Assembly (NCBI GenBank): GCA_045807245.1
Contig: JBJMHS010000027.1
Span: 1-64,000 of the forward strand
Direction: 5' to 3'
DNA length: 64,000 bases
Source: Actinomycetales bacterium
Lineage (GTDB): Bacteria; Actinomycetota; Actinomycetes; Actinomycetales; CAVURS01
Of this stretch, positions 38,192-49,380 are shown piece by piece (within the stretch, counting starts at the first letter, position 1; every line of letters begins with the position of its first letter). A program made the position numbers and the translations under genes. Under the pieces are notes generated by a model that did no database searches, had not been told where the DNA came from, and worked only from the letters and a program-made list of their open reading frames with translations.

Positions 38192-39420
38192 GTGCAGCCA
38201 GCGCCCAGCAGGAGCGCATCGACCGGTACGCCGAGCTGGTGGTCCGGATCGGCGTCAACGTCCAGCCTGGGCAGCCGGTGCACGTGCGTGGCGAGCTGTC
38301 CCACGCGCCGATCGCCGAAGCGGTCGTGGAGCAGGCGTACAAGGCGGGCGCATCCCGCGTGACGGTGAGCTTCGACGATCCCAAGGTGCGCCGCGCCGCC
38401 CTGCTGCACGGACCGGAGGAGGCGTTGACGACGGCGTACGACTGGGAGCTGGCCCAGGTGCGCTCGTGGGCCGAGAACGGCACGGCGGTCATCCGGCTCA
38501 CCGGTACGGCCGACCCGCACGCGTTCGACGACGTCGACCCGGCGCGCACGGTGCTGCTGCCGCTCGAGCTGGCCACGCTCTCGCGCCAGGTGCTGCTCGG
38601 TGGTCAGGTGGCGTGGAACATCGTGGCCGCACCCAACGAAGGCTGGGCCACCCAGGTGTTCGGGGAGCCGGACGTCGAACGCCTCTGGGACGCGGTCTCG
38701 ATCGCGATGAGGCTCGACAGCGACGACGTCGTGGCCGAGTGGCGGGCGCACGCGGACCGGCTCCAGTCGCGGGCGGACGTCCTGACCGGCCTCGAGCTGG
38801 ACGCGGTCCGCTACCACGGTGAAGGGACCGACCTGACCGCTGGACTGCCGTCCGGTGCGCTCTGGGTCGGCGGCAGCCTGACGACGCGGTCCGGCGTGCG
38901 CTACATGCCGAACCTGCCGACCGAGGAGGTGTTCACCAGCCCGGACCGCCGCCGGGCGGACGGCGTGATCCGCACGACGCGGCCGCTGGTGATGGCGGGC
39001 GCCGGTGTCGTGGTCGAGGACCTGGTGGTGACGTTCGAGAGCGGGCGAGCGGTCGACGTCCAGGCCCGGACGGGGGCTGATGCCGTTCGGGCACAGCTGG
39101 ATTCGGACGACGGCGCGCGCAGCCTGGGCGAGCTGTCACTGGTCGAGGGGTCCTCACGCGTCCGCGCCGCCGGAGTGACCTTCCACGACACTCTGTACGA
39201 CGAGAACGTCGGCTGCCACGTCGCCTGGGGCCAGGGCTTCACGTTCTGCATGCCGGATGGCGACACGCTGTCTGCGGAGGAGCTCATGGCCCGCGGTCTG
39301 AACTACTCGACCGTGCACACGGATGTCGTCATCGGCGGTCCGGGCGTGGACGTCGACGGGATCCGGCGCGACGGCAGCGTCGTACCGATCATCCGCGAGG
39401 ACGCCTGGGCTCTGGACTGA
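38188..39420 (+). CDS. M29 (AmpS/AmpT-type) aminopeptidase
   Basis: PNLPTEEVFT, LGE, LYDEN..CH.A.G, STVHTD. Confidence 0.92.
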   Translation: MSAASAQQERIDRYAELVVRIGVNVQPGQPVHVRGELSHAPIAEAVVEQAYKAGASRVTVSFDDPKVRRAALLHGPEEALTTAYDWELAQVRSWAENGTAVIRLTGTADPHAFDDVDPARTVLLPLELATLSRQVLLGGQVAWNIVAAPNEGWATQVFGEPDVERLWDAVSIAMRLDSDDVVAEWRAHADRLQSRADVLTGLELDAVRYHGEGTDLTAGLPSGALWVGGSLTTRSGVRYMPNLPTEEVFTSPDRRRADGVIRTTRPLVMAGAGVVVEDLVVTFESGRAVDVQARTGADAVRAQLDSDDGARSLGELSLVEGSSRVRAAGVTFHDTLYDENVGCHVAWGQGFTFCMPDGDTLSAEELMARGLNYSTVHTDVVIGGPGVDVDGIRRDGSVVPIIREDAWALD

Positions 39421-39435
39421 CTTCGCTGCTCACCC

Positions 39436-39463
39436 TAGAGTTTTCCTGACTCCAGAGTCAGGA
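39436..39463 (+). promoter_or_regulatory. -10 box followed by 20-bp palindromic operator
   Basis: TAGAGT 39436-39441; TCCTGACTC-ca-GAGTCAGGA 39444-39463. Confidence 0.6.
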
Positions 39464-39469
39464 CGGCTT

Positions 39470-41098
39470 ATGAACGTACTTCGTCGGTTCCGTCGTCACA
39501 CCCTCGCGCTGGCCGCCGCAGCGGCCCTGGCGCTGATCGCACCCGGCGTCGCACTGGCCTCGTCGTCGGCTCCGGCCGCGTCCCCGTCCGGGACTACGGT
39601 GAGCGCTCGGGCCTCGACGGACATGACGCTGTCGGTCATGACGCAGAACATGTTCTATGGCGGCGACGACTACGACCTGAGTACGGGCCGCTTCTGCCGC
39701 GTCGCCGACGGCTGCCCGCTGGCCCTGCACCGGATCGCGGACGCCATCCGCAAGGCCGGCGCCGACGTGGTGGGGCTGCAGGAACCTGAGCGCAACACGG
39801 CGGTGCTGGCCGGGCTGCTGGGCTGGTACTCCTCGCCACGCGCGCACGTCATCTCGCGGTACCCGATCATCGAACCGCCGGGCAGCCAAGGGTTCTACGT
39901 CTTCGTCGTGCCCGCCCCGGGCCACGTCGTGGCCGTGGCGAACTTCCACCTGCCGTCCACGCCGTACGGGCCGTACGAGGTCCGCGACGGCGCCACCAAG
40001 GACGAGGTGCTCACGCTCGAGCGGCAGCTCCGCCTGCCGGCCGTTGACGCCGAGCTGCCCACGCTGGAACGGCTCATCGCGCAGGGCTACCCGGTCTTCG
40101 TGACGGGCGACATGAACAGCCCGTCCCACCTGGACTGGACACCGGCTGTGGCCGGCGTACGCAGCGACGTGCCGTACCCGATCCGCTGGCCGGCCAGTGC
40201 CGCCTTCGCCGCAGCGGGCTTACAGGACTCCTACCGCGACGTCCATCCCGACCCGGTCGCACGGCCGGGCTTCACCTGGACTCCGGGTGGTCCGGAGACC
40301 GACCCGCGTGAGGTGTTCGACCGGATCGACTGGGTGCTGCACGCCGGGCCGGCCACCACCGTGGAGAGCCGCCTGGTCGGCGAGGTCGGCGGCCCCGATG
40401 TCGACGTCGCCGTGCCCGCGCCGTACCCGAGCGACCACCGCGGCGTCGTCTCCACCTTCCGGGTCTCGGCCGTGACGCCTCTCGCGTTCGCGGGGACGCA
40501 GGACCGGCGGGTCGTCCAGGGCGACCAGATGAGGGTCGACTGGCAGCTGGCGACCGGTCCCGGCCACGGCGCGCAGCAGGTCGGCCTGGTCCGCACCGGT
40601 GTATCGGGCGTGGTGTGGGCGCGCACGGCACCGGCGGATCCGGCCTTCGGTCACGTCAGCTTTGCCACGCAGACCCTGCTGCCGGGTCGGTACGACCTGG
40701 TGCTCGCCGACCAGGCGGGCACGCGCGTGCTGACCCGCGAGCCGGTCTACGTCTACACGCGGTCCGACCAGCCGACGGTGACCATGACCAGCGCGACGTA
40801 CCGCGTCGGCGAGCGGATCGGCGTGAGCTGGACCGAGGCTCCCGGCAACGGGCTGGACTGGATCGGCCTGTTCCCGTGCCGGCGCAACGGGAAGTGTGGC
40901 GACAACTCGACGTACCTGCTCTACCAGTACACCGGCACGCAGATCGAGGGCTCGCTGACGATCGGCAAGGAGCGCGGCGGTTTCGAGGGCAGCTCGGCGG
41001 CCTGGCCGCTGAAGCCCGGCCGGTACGTCGCGCGGCTGCTGATCGACGACAGCTACGTCTCCATCGGTGAGTCGCAGCTGTTCAGCATCGTCCGCTGA
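39470..41098 (+). CDS. Secreted endonuclease/exonuclease/phosphatase (EEP) protein with C-terminal Ig-like domains
   Basis: Signal peptide; MTQN, GLQE, GDMNSP, DSYR, RIDW, PSDH. Confidence 0.88.
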   Translation: MNVLRRFRRHTLALAAAAALALIAPGVALASSSAPAASPSGTTVSARASTDMTLSVMTQNMFYGGDDYDLSTGRFCRVADGCPLALHRIADAIRKAGADVVGLQEPERNTAVLAGLLGWYSSPRAHVISRYPIIEPPGSQGFYVFVVPAPGHVVAVANFHLPSTPYGPYEVRDGATKDEVLTLERQLRLPAVDAELPTLERLIAQGYPVFVTGDMNSPSHLDWTPAVAGVRSDVPYPIRWPASAAFAAAGLQDSYRDVHPDPVARPGFTWTPGGPETDPREVFDRIDWVLHAGPATTVESRLVGEVGGPDVDVAVPAPYPSDHRGVVSTFRVSAVTPLAFAGTQDRRVVQGDQMRVDWQLATGPGHGAQQVGLVRTGVSGVVWARTAPADPAFGHVSFATQTLLPGRYDLVLADQAGTRVLTREPVYVYTRSDQPTVTMTSATYRVGERIGVSWTEAPGNGLDWIGLFPCRRNGKCGDNSTYLLYQYTGTQIEGSLTIGKERGGFEGSSAAWPLKPGRYVARLLIDDSYVSIGESQLFSIVR

Positions 41099-41102
41099 CC
41101 CT

Positions 41103-41153
41103 TCCGGATCGGTAACCCCTGCGTTACGGTAGCCGCAGGGTTACCGATCCGGA
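41103..41153. promoter_or_regulatory. 16-bp inverted repeat containing two GTAAC-N6-GTTAC-like operators
   Basis: tccggatcggtaaccc 41103-41118 / gggttaccgatccgga 41138-41153. Confidence 0.65.
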
Positions 41154-41177
41154 GGGGGAGGACGTGGAGGCGGCGGC

Positions 41178-41540
41178 GTGGTTGGAGCGCTCGCGGGTGG
41201 CGACCCGTTCGAGGCCCTCGGGGACCCGAACCGGCGCGAGATCCTGCGCCTGCTCAGTGCGGGCGACAAGCCGGTGAGCGCCATCGCGGCGGCGATGCCG
41301 ATCAGCCGGCCCGCAGTCTCGCGCCATCTGCGGCTGCTGAAGGACGCCGGGATGGTGGCCGAGGAGGCCCAGGGGACCCGCCGCGTCTACCACCTCCGGG
41401 CCGAGGGGCTCGCAGCCGTCCAGGCCTATCTCGAGGGCGTATGGGGTGACGCCGCCGCCCGGTTCCGCCTGCTGGCCGAGAACACGCCACCGGCCACGGG
41501 CCGAGGTCGGGGTCGGCCGGACCGGGGCCGAGCCCGTTGA
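41178..41540 (+). CDS. ArsR/SmtB family regulator
   Basis: FEALGDPNRREIL, ISRPAVSRHLRLL, GTRRVY. Confidence 0.9.
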   Translation: MVGALAGGDPFEALGDPNRREILRLLSAGDKPVSAIAAAMPISRPAVSRHLRLLKDAGMVAEEAQGTRRVYHLRAEGLAAVQAYLEGVWGDAAARFRLLAENTPPATGRGRGRPDRGRAR

Positions 41541-41986
41541 GCGAGCCGTTGCGTCTCGCGTTCGACGTGGCCTGCGCGCCCGAGCACGCGTTCTCCGTCT
41601 GGACCACCCAGATCGGCTCGTGGTGGCCCCGTGACCACACCCTGTCCGGCGCTCCCGAGGCCATCGTGCTGGAGCGCGGCGTGGGCGGGCGGATCTTCGA
41701 GCGGACGTCCGACGGGGTCGAGCACGACTGGGGCCAGGTCACCGTGTGGGAACCGCCGCAGACCCTCGGGTACCTCTGGCACATCGGGCGCCAGCGCGAC
41801 CAGGCGACCGAGGTCCAGATCCAGTTCGTGCCGTCCGGCGCCGGTGCCACGCGGGTGGAGATCGAGCATCGCGGATGGGAGCGGCTCGGTACGGAAGGCG
41901 AGCAGTACCGCACGCAGAACGTCAACGGCTGGCAGACCCTCGTACCGCACTTCACCGCAGCAGCGACGGCAGGAGACGCCCGATGA
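41537..41986 (+). CDS. SRPBCC (AHSA1/START-like) domain protein
   Basis: AF..WT..I..WW, WEPP, TRVEIEHRGW, GW; TTGA overlap. Confidence 0.88.
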   Translation: MSEPLRLAFDVACAPEHAFSVWTTQIGSWWPRDHTLSGAPEAIVLERGVGGRIFERTSDGVEHDWGQVTVWEPPQTLGYLWHIGRQRDQATEVQIQFVPSGAGATRVEIEHRGWERLGTEGEQYRTQNVNGWQTLVPHFTAAATAGDAR

Positions 41987-42396
41987 GCCCAGCGACCAGT
42001 CCAGGAACGAAGGACGACCCGTGGCAGCTGAAGACGCCGCCGGGCTCATCGGCGTACACGATGTACCGCGACGAGTCGGCCGACCCACCGGCGCTGGTCT
42101 GCCAGGTCGGTTCGACCACGCTCAAGTACCACCTGCGTGCCATCGAAGACCTGCACGAATGGCTTGCCGCACAAGGCGACTGGGTCCCGTTGGGCGCCGC
42201 CGACGAGCAGAAGGCTGCGGCGCCGGGGACGGTCGAGGCGTGGGGCCGCGCGGAGGAGAACCCGGTCGGCGGCTGGTACGGGCTGCGTAAGGGCTACCGC
42301 GGCCGGTTCGGGATGTACCTGCCGCCGCTCCTGGAACAGCTCGGCCTGGCCGAGCTCACACATGACGCGCGCAACAACAGGATGCGGGCGCTCTGA
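41983..42396 (+). CDS. Conserved hypothetical protein (DUF6855-like)
   Basis: GTKDDPWQLKTPPGSS, NPVGGWYGLRKGYRGRF, NNRMRA; ATGA overlap. Confidence 0.75.
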   Translation: MSPATSPGTKDDPWQLKTPPGSSAYTMYRDESADPPALVCQVGSTTLKYHLRAIEDLHEWLAAQGDWVPLGAADEQKAAAPGTVEAWGRAEENPVGGWYGLRKGYRGRFGMYLPPLLEQLGLAELTHDARNNRMRAL

Positions 42397-42439
42397 GGCG
42401 GACCAGTCGCTGGCTGGCCGCCCGACGAAGGGATGAGTC

Positions 42440-42742
42440 GTGAGCAGTACCAAGGTGATTCGCTACCGGACCAAGCCGGAGCGGGCGGACGAGAACGCCG
42501 CACTGATCAAGGCCGTGTTCGCCGAGCTGGCCGACAAGCGGCCGGAGGGCGTGCGCTATGCGGCCCTTCGGCTCGATGACGGCGAGAGCTTCGTACACGT
42601 CGTACAGCTGGACGGGGACGTGAACCCGTTGTCCGATGTCGCCGCCTTCCAGGCCTTCCAGGCCGAGATCGGCGACCGGGTCGCGGAAGGCCCGTTCGCC
42701 GCCGACGCGACGGTCGTGGGCGCGTACGGCGTGTTCGGCTAG
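42440..42742 (+). CDS. Small ABM-like (dimeric alpha-beta barrel) hypothetical protein
   Basis: IRYRTKPERADEN..LI..VF.EL, FVH; good codon usage. Confidence 0.7.
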   Translation: MSSTKVIRYRTKPERADENAALIKAVFAELADKRPEGVRYAALRLDDGESFVHVVQLDGDVNPLSDVAAFQAFQAEIGDRVAEGPFAADATVVGAYGVFG

Positions 42743-43362
42743 CGGGTGGTGAGCGCCAACTTGCCGGCCAGCCCGGCGAACGTCACGGCGAACGCCCGCT
42801 GGGTCCGGCGTAGCAACGCCGGCCGGGACAGCACCTGACCGCGGAGCAGCCCGGCGAAGATCCCGTACGCGGCGAAGACCACGAGGGTCATCGCCATGAA
42901 GACCCCGCTCAGCCCCAGCATGCGCAGCACGGTGTGCGGCGCGGACGGCGGCACGAACTGCGGCAGGAACGCGAAGAAGAAGATCGTGAGCTTGGGGTTG
43001 AGCAGGTTGACCGCGATGCCGTTCGTGATGACCCGCGAGGGCGAGACGGCGGCCCCCTCGCGGCCGAGCGTGAGGGCGCCGTCGTGCCGCCAGGTGGACC
43101 ACGCGAGGTAGAGCAGGTACCCGACGCCTATGTACTTCACGACCGCGAAGGCGACCCCGCTCGCGTGCAACAAGGCGGCCAGACCGGTGATCGCCGCCAG
43201 CAGGTGAGGCACGATCCCGAGAGTGCAGGCGAACGCGGCCAGGACGCTGGCCCGCGGCCCTCGAGCCAGACCGGCCGACAGCGTGTAGAGCGCGCCGGTG
43301 CCAGGCGTCGCGACGATGACCAGCGAGGTGAGCAGGAAGGTCCAGGTCATCGCGGCGGTCAT
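42739..43362 (-). CDS. LysE/RhtB family exporter
   Basis: ATPGTG, KYIGVGYL, NLLNPK. Confidence 0.9.
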   Translation of the reverse strand: MTAAMTWTFLLTSLVIVATPGTGALYTLSAGLARGPRASVLAAFACTLGIVPHLLAAITGLAALLHASGVAFAVVKYIGVGYLLYLAWSTWRHDGALTLGREGAAVSPSRVITNGIAVNLLNPKLTIFFFAFLPQFVPPSAPHTVLRMLGLSGVFMAMTLVVFAAYGIFAGLLRGQVLSRPALLRRTQRAFAVTFAGLAGKLALTTR

Positions 43363-43733
43363 TCGTCCTCGACGCCGTGGCAGACGGCCTCGACGTTGTT
43401 GCCGTCGGGGTCGCGCACGAAGGCGCCGTAGTAGGTCGCGTGGTACTCCGGCCACTCGCGCGGTTCGTGCAGGGCCTCCGCCCCCTCGCGCAGCGCGATG
43501 GCGAAGAACTCCCGTACGGCGGCCCGGTCCGGAGCCCGGAAGGCCAGATGGCTCTCCCGGAACCCCTCACCGGTGGTCTGGGCGCCCAGCCAGAACGACG
43601 GGTAGTCCGCGCCGTACCCCAGGGCACCGCCGTGGTCCATCAACCGGCGGTACCCCAGCGGCTCGAGCACCGCGTCGTAGAACACGGCGCTGGAGTCCAG
43701 ATCACTGCACTGGATCGAGACGTGGTCGATCAT
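43359..43733 (-). CDS. VOC/glyoxalase family protein
   Basis: MIDHVSI, HLAF, YYGAFVRDPDGNNVEAV. Confidence 0.9.
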   Translation of the reverse strand: MIDHVSIQCSDLDSSAVFYDAVLEPLGYRRLMDHGGALGYGADYPSFWLGAQTTGEGFRESHLAFRAPDRAAVREFFAIALREGAEALHEPREWPEYHATYYGAFVRDPDGNNVEAVCHGVEDE

Positions 43734-43753
43734 GCGCAGATCCTGGCACCTGG

Positions 43754-46484
<2,731 letters not shown>

Positions 46485-46491
46485 GGTCCGC

Positions 46492-46524
46492 AGTCTGGCC
46501 GCCTGATCTGGAATCAGTCAAGAC
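46492..46524 (-). promoter_or_regulatory. furA promoter with FurA box
   Basis: Minus strand GTCTTGACTGATTCCAGA (46524-46507) resembles the mycobacterial furA operator and contains -35 TTGACT; -10 CAGACT 18 bp downstream, GTG 7 nt later. Confidence 0.75.
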
Positions 46525-46553
46525 GAGGGGTGACTGCCGCGTACACCGCCTGG

Positions 46554-49040
46554 TCAGGTGGCCGCCATGTCGACGAAGCGGCTGTAGTGACCTTGGAACG
46601 CCACGGTGATGGTGTCAGTGGGCCCGTTGCGGTGCTTGGCCACGATGAAGTCGGCCTCTCCGGCCCTCGGGCTCTCCCGCTCGTAGGCGTCCTCACGGTG
46701 CAGCAGGATCACCATATCGGCGTCCTGCTCGATCGAGTTGTGCACCGCGATGCCGTCCGCGACGAAGTTGTGCGTCCCGATCACCGTGGCATCGAAGACC
46801 TGTTCGACGCCGTCCGGCTCGATTGCGAGCACCCGGTCCCACAGCACGTCGTTGACCGCGTCGACCTCGAGGTCGGCCAGCTCGAGCACCTCCGTGACCT
46901 GGCCCAGCGCCGTACGGCGCGCGGTCACTGGCCGCCCCGACGTCGACGCGGAGCCGGCGCCCGCAGCCCCGACCAGGGCGAGCTCCTCGGCCTCGGCCAG
47001 CAGCACCTCGTGGACCGTGTGCCAGACCTGCTGCGACGCCTGCTCGGCGGCCGGCTCCGGTGCACTGGCGGCGCGCACGACGTCGAGCAGCATCATCGCG
47101 TCGAGGCTGCACTCGCCGTACACGCCGATCTCGCCCAGGAACCGCCGCTGGTCGTCCACCCCGTCGATGGACAGCTCCCAATCTGCGGCCCCGATGCGCC
47201 CATCTGCTGGGCTGGTTGGGGCCATTGGTTCGACGCGACGTACCGACGTGGAGATGCCGAACCGCAGGAGGAGGCGAGCGACGTTGTCCAGGCCCACCCG
47301 CCGTACGCCGTGCATCCGCACCCGCCCCCGGTCGCCGCTCTCGTCGAGCCGCACCGACCCGGCGATGGACCAGGTGTGCCGCAGGAACATCGCGATCTGC
47401 TGCTTGGGCAGGCACGCGACGGGTGCGGGCACGCCGAGCGCGGTCGCGCCGACGCCCTGCAGCTCTTCGGCCAGCGTCTCGGCGGCGGCCGTCACCTTCG
47501 AGTCGTCCCAGCGGGTCATCGACTCCGGCGCCGGCACGTGGCGCGGCACCGCGACGCGAGTCCCCGGCCACAGCGACTCCAGCGGCGCCCAACCCTCGTA
47601 GGTCAGGAACGGATGGTTCGCCGTCGCGCGCACCGTCTTGCCGGAGGCGAGCTCGACCCGGAAGACCGGCTTCGTCCCGGTCGGGAACACGTGCGTCAGA
47701 TGACGCCGGACGTAGCGCAGGGAGTCGTCGAGCGACCACACGGGTACGTCGCGAGCGCCGGCCGCGTACAGCGCACCGAGCGTGGTCTCCGCCCCGGTGT
47801 CTGCGCGCAGGACCCGGGTCTGGGCCGGGAGACAGCCGGACTCGCGCAGGTCGGACATCATCGGTCGCTTGTCGGTGCGTCCTTCGGGACCACGGTTGAG
47901 CTGGCTGATGGCGATGACCGGCACCTCGAGCTCCTTGGCCAGCAGCTTGAGCGCCCGGGAGAACTCCGACACCTCCTGCTGGCGAGACTCCACGCGCTTG
48001 TGGCTCTGCATCAGCTGCAGGTAGTCGATGATCACGAGCTTGAGGTCGTGTCGCTGCTTGAGCCGGCGGCACTTGGCCCGGATCTCCATCAAGGACATGT
48101 TCGGCGAGTCGTCGATGAACAGCGGCGCGTCGGTCAGCTCGCCCATCGTCCGGGCCATCTTCGTCCAGTCGCTGTCGTCGAGCTTGCCCTGGCGCAGCTT
48201 CTGCAGGGGGATGCGCGCTTCGGCGGAGAGCAGGCGCATGGTGATCTCGGTGCGGCTCATCTCCAGCGAGAAGATCACGGACGTCATCGCATGCTTGATC
48301 GACGCCGACCTGGCAATGTCCAAACCAAGGGTCGACTTGCCGAGAGCCGGCCTGGCCGCCAGGACGATCATCTGACCGGGGTGCAGGCCGTGCGTCAGCC
48401 GGTCCAGATCGGCGAAACCCGTTGGTACGCCGGCCATCACGCCGTCGCGGTGCCCCGCCGCCTCGATCTCGTCGACGGTGCCCTCGATGATCTGGCCGAT
48501 CGGCAGGTAGTCCTCGGACGTGCGCCGCTCGGTCACGGCGTACACCTCCGCCTGGGCCGCGTTGACCAGGTCGTCGACGTCGCCGCCGTCGGTCGCGTAC
48601 CCGAGCTGCACGATCCGCGTGCCGGCCTCGACCAGCCGCCGCAGCACGGCCCGCTCGCGCACGATCTGCGCGTAGTAGCCGGCGTTCGCCGCCGTCGGCA
48701 CGCCGCTGATCAGGGTGTGTAGGTACGCCGCGCCGCCGATCCGGGCCAGGTGGCCGCGCTTGGTCAGCTCGTCCGCAACGGTGACCGCGTCAGCCGGTTC
48801 GCCGCGGCCGTAGAGGTCGAGGACGGCCTCGAAGATCGTCTCGTGCGCGGGGCGGTAGAAGTCCGCGCCCCGGACCGTCTCGACGACGTCGGCGATGGCG
48901 TCCTTGGACAGCATCATGCCGCCGAGCACGCTCTGCTCGGCCAGCACGTCCTGTGGCGGGGTCCGGTCGAACGACTCGCCCGGGCCGTCCGGTGGGCCGG
49001 AGGATCCCCCGAACTCCACGCCGATCTGCGCCAGCGACAC
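46554..49040 (-). CDS. dnaB: Replicative DNA helicase DnaB (intein-containing)
   Basis: AEQSVLG, AARPALGKS, SLEMS, IDYLQL, SQLNR, DLRESG|intein|SIEQDAD, KHRNGP. Confidence 0.97.
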   Translation of the reverse strand: MSLAQIGVEFGGSSGPPDGPGESFDRTPPQDVLAEQSVLGGMMLSKDAIADVVETVRGADFYRPAHETIFEAVLDLYGRGEPADAVTVADELTKRGHLARIGGAAYLHTLISGVPTAANAGYYAQIVRERAVLRRLVEAGTRIVQLGYATDGGDVDDLVNAAQAEVYAVTERRTSEDYLPIGQIIEGTVDEIEAAGHRDGVMAGVPTGFADLDRLTHGLHPGQMIVLAARPALGKSTLGLDIARSASIKHAMTSVIFSLEMSRTEITMRLLSAEARIPLQKLRQGKLDDSDWTKMARTMGELTDAPLFIDDSPNMSLMEIRAKCRRLKQRHDLKLVIIDYLQLMQSHKRVESRQQEVSEFSRALKLLAKELEVPVIAISQLNRGPEGRTDKRPMMSDLRESGCLPAQTRVLRADTGAETTLGALYAAGARDVPVWSLDDSLRYVRRHLTHVFPTGTKPVFRVELASGKTVRATANHPFLTYEGWAPLESLWPGTRVAVPRHVPAPESMTRWDDSKVTAAAETLAEELQGVGATALGVPAPVACLPKQQIAMFLRHTWSIAGSVRLDESGDRGRVRMHGVRRVGLDNVARLLLRFGISTSVRRVEPMAPTSPADGRIGAADWELSIDGVDDQRRFLGEIGVYGECSLDAMMLLDVVRAASAPEPAAEQASQQVWHTVHEVLLAEAEELALVGAAGAGSASTSGRPVTARRTALGQVTEVLELADLEVDAVNDVLWDRVLAIEPDGVEQVFDATVIGTHNFVADGIAVHNSIEQDADMVILLHREDAYERESPRAGEADFIVAKHRNGPTDTITVAFQGHYSRFVDMAAT
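46737..47834 (-). mobile_element. DnaB intein (366 aa) with degenerate LAGLIDADG region
   Basis: Starts CLPAQTRV, block B RATANHPF, block F VFDATV..THNFVA, ends VHN followed by extein Ser; interrupts RESG/SIEQDAD. Confidence 0.95.
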
Positions 49041-49075
49041 CGTGCTCCGTGCTCCCCTCGGATCCGTGCGAACAG

Positions 49076-49091
49076 TCGAACAGACGTTCGC
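49076..49091. promoter_or_regulatory. LexA (SOS) box upstream of dnaB
   Basis: TCGAAC-agac-GTTCGc vs actinobacterial consensus TCGAAC-N4-GTTCGA. Confidence 0.75.
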
Positions 49092-49226
49092 ATAGACCAC
49101 CGACAGACCCCGACAGACCGCACGGCCGAGCGCAGGTCCCGAACCCGGCCTCCGGCAACCTATGAGCGGGGCCGCATCCCCAGCCACACCTTCGCCGAAC
49201 CACATCTGCAAGCCTGTGCAACCACC

Positions 49227-49355
49227 TGTGGACGACCGCCGTTGTCGGTGCTTAGGGGGCTGGGGACACCGCTGGGGACAACGTGGGGGTGAACGATGTG
49301 CCCACGCCGGCCGCGACCTCTGGCCTGCGCGGACACGGCAGACGGATGTGGACAG
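49227..49355. promoter_or_regulatory. Cluster of DnaA-box-like 9-mers
   Basis: TGTGGACGA 49227, TGGGGACAC 49261, TGGGGACAA 49273, TGTGGACAG 49347, same orientation; consensus TGTGGA(C/T)AA. Confidence 0.6.
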
Positions 49356-49380
49356 CAAGAAAGTTGGAGGTGGTCTCAGG

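Noticed and set aside
49041..49380. N-terminal extensions of DnaB and MATE, and the region as oriC
   Set aside because: Extensions are non-conserved-looking and overlap each other; no dnaA/dnaN adjacent, no AT-rich unwinding element and no perfect boxes.
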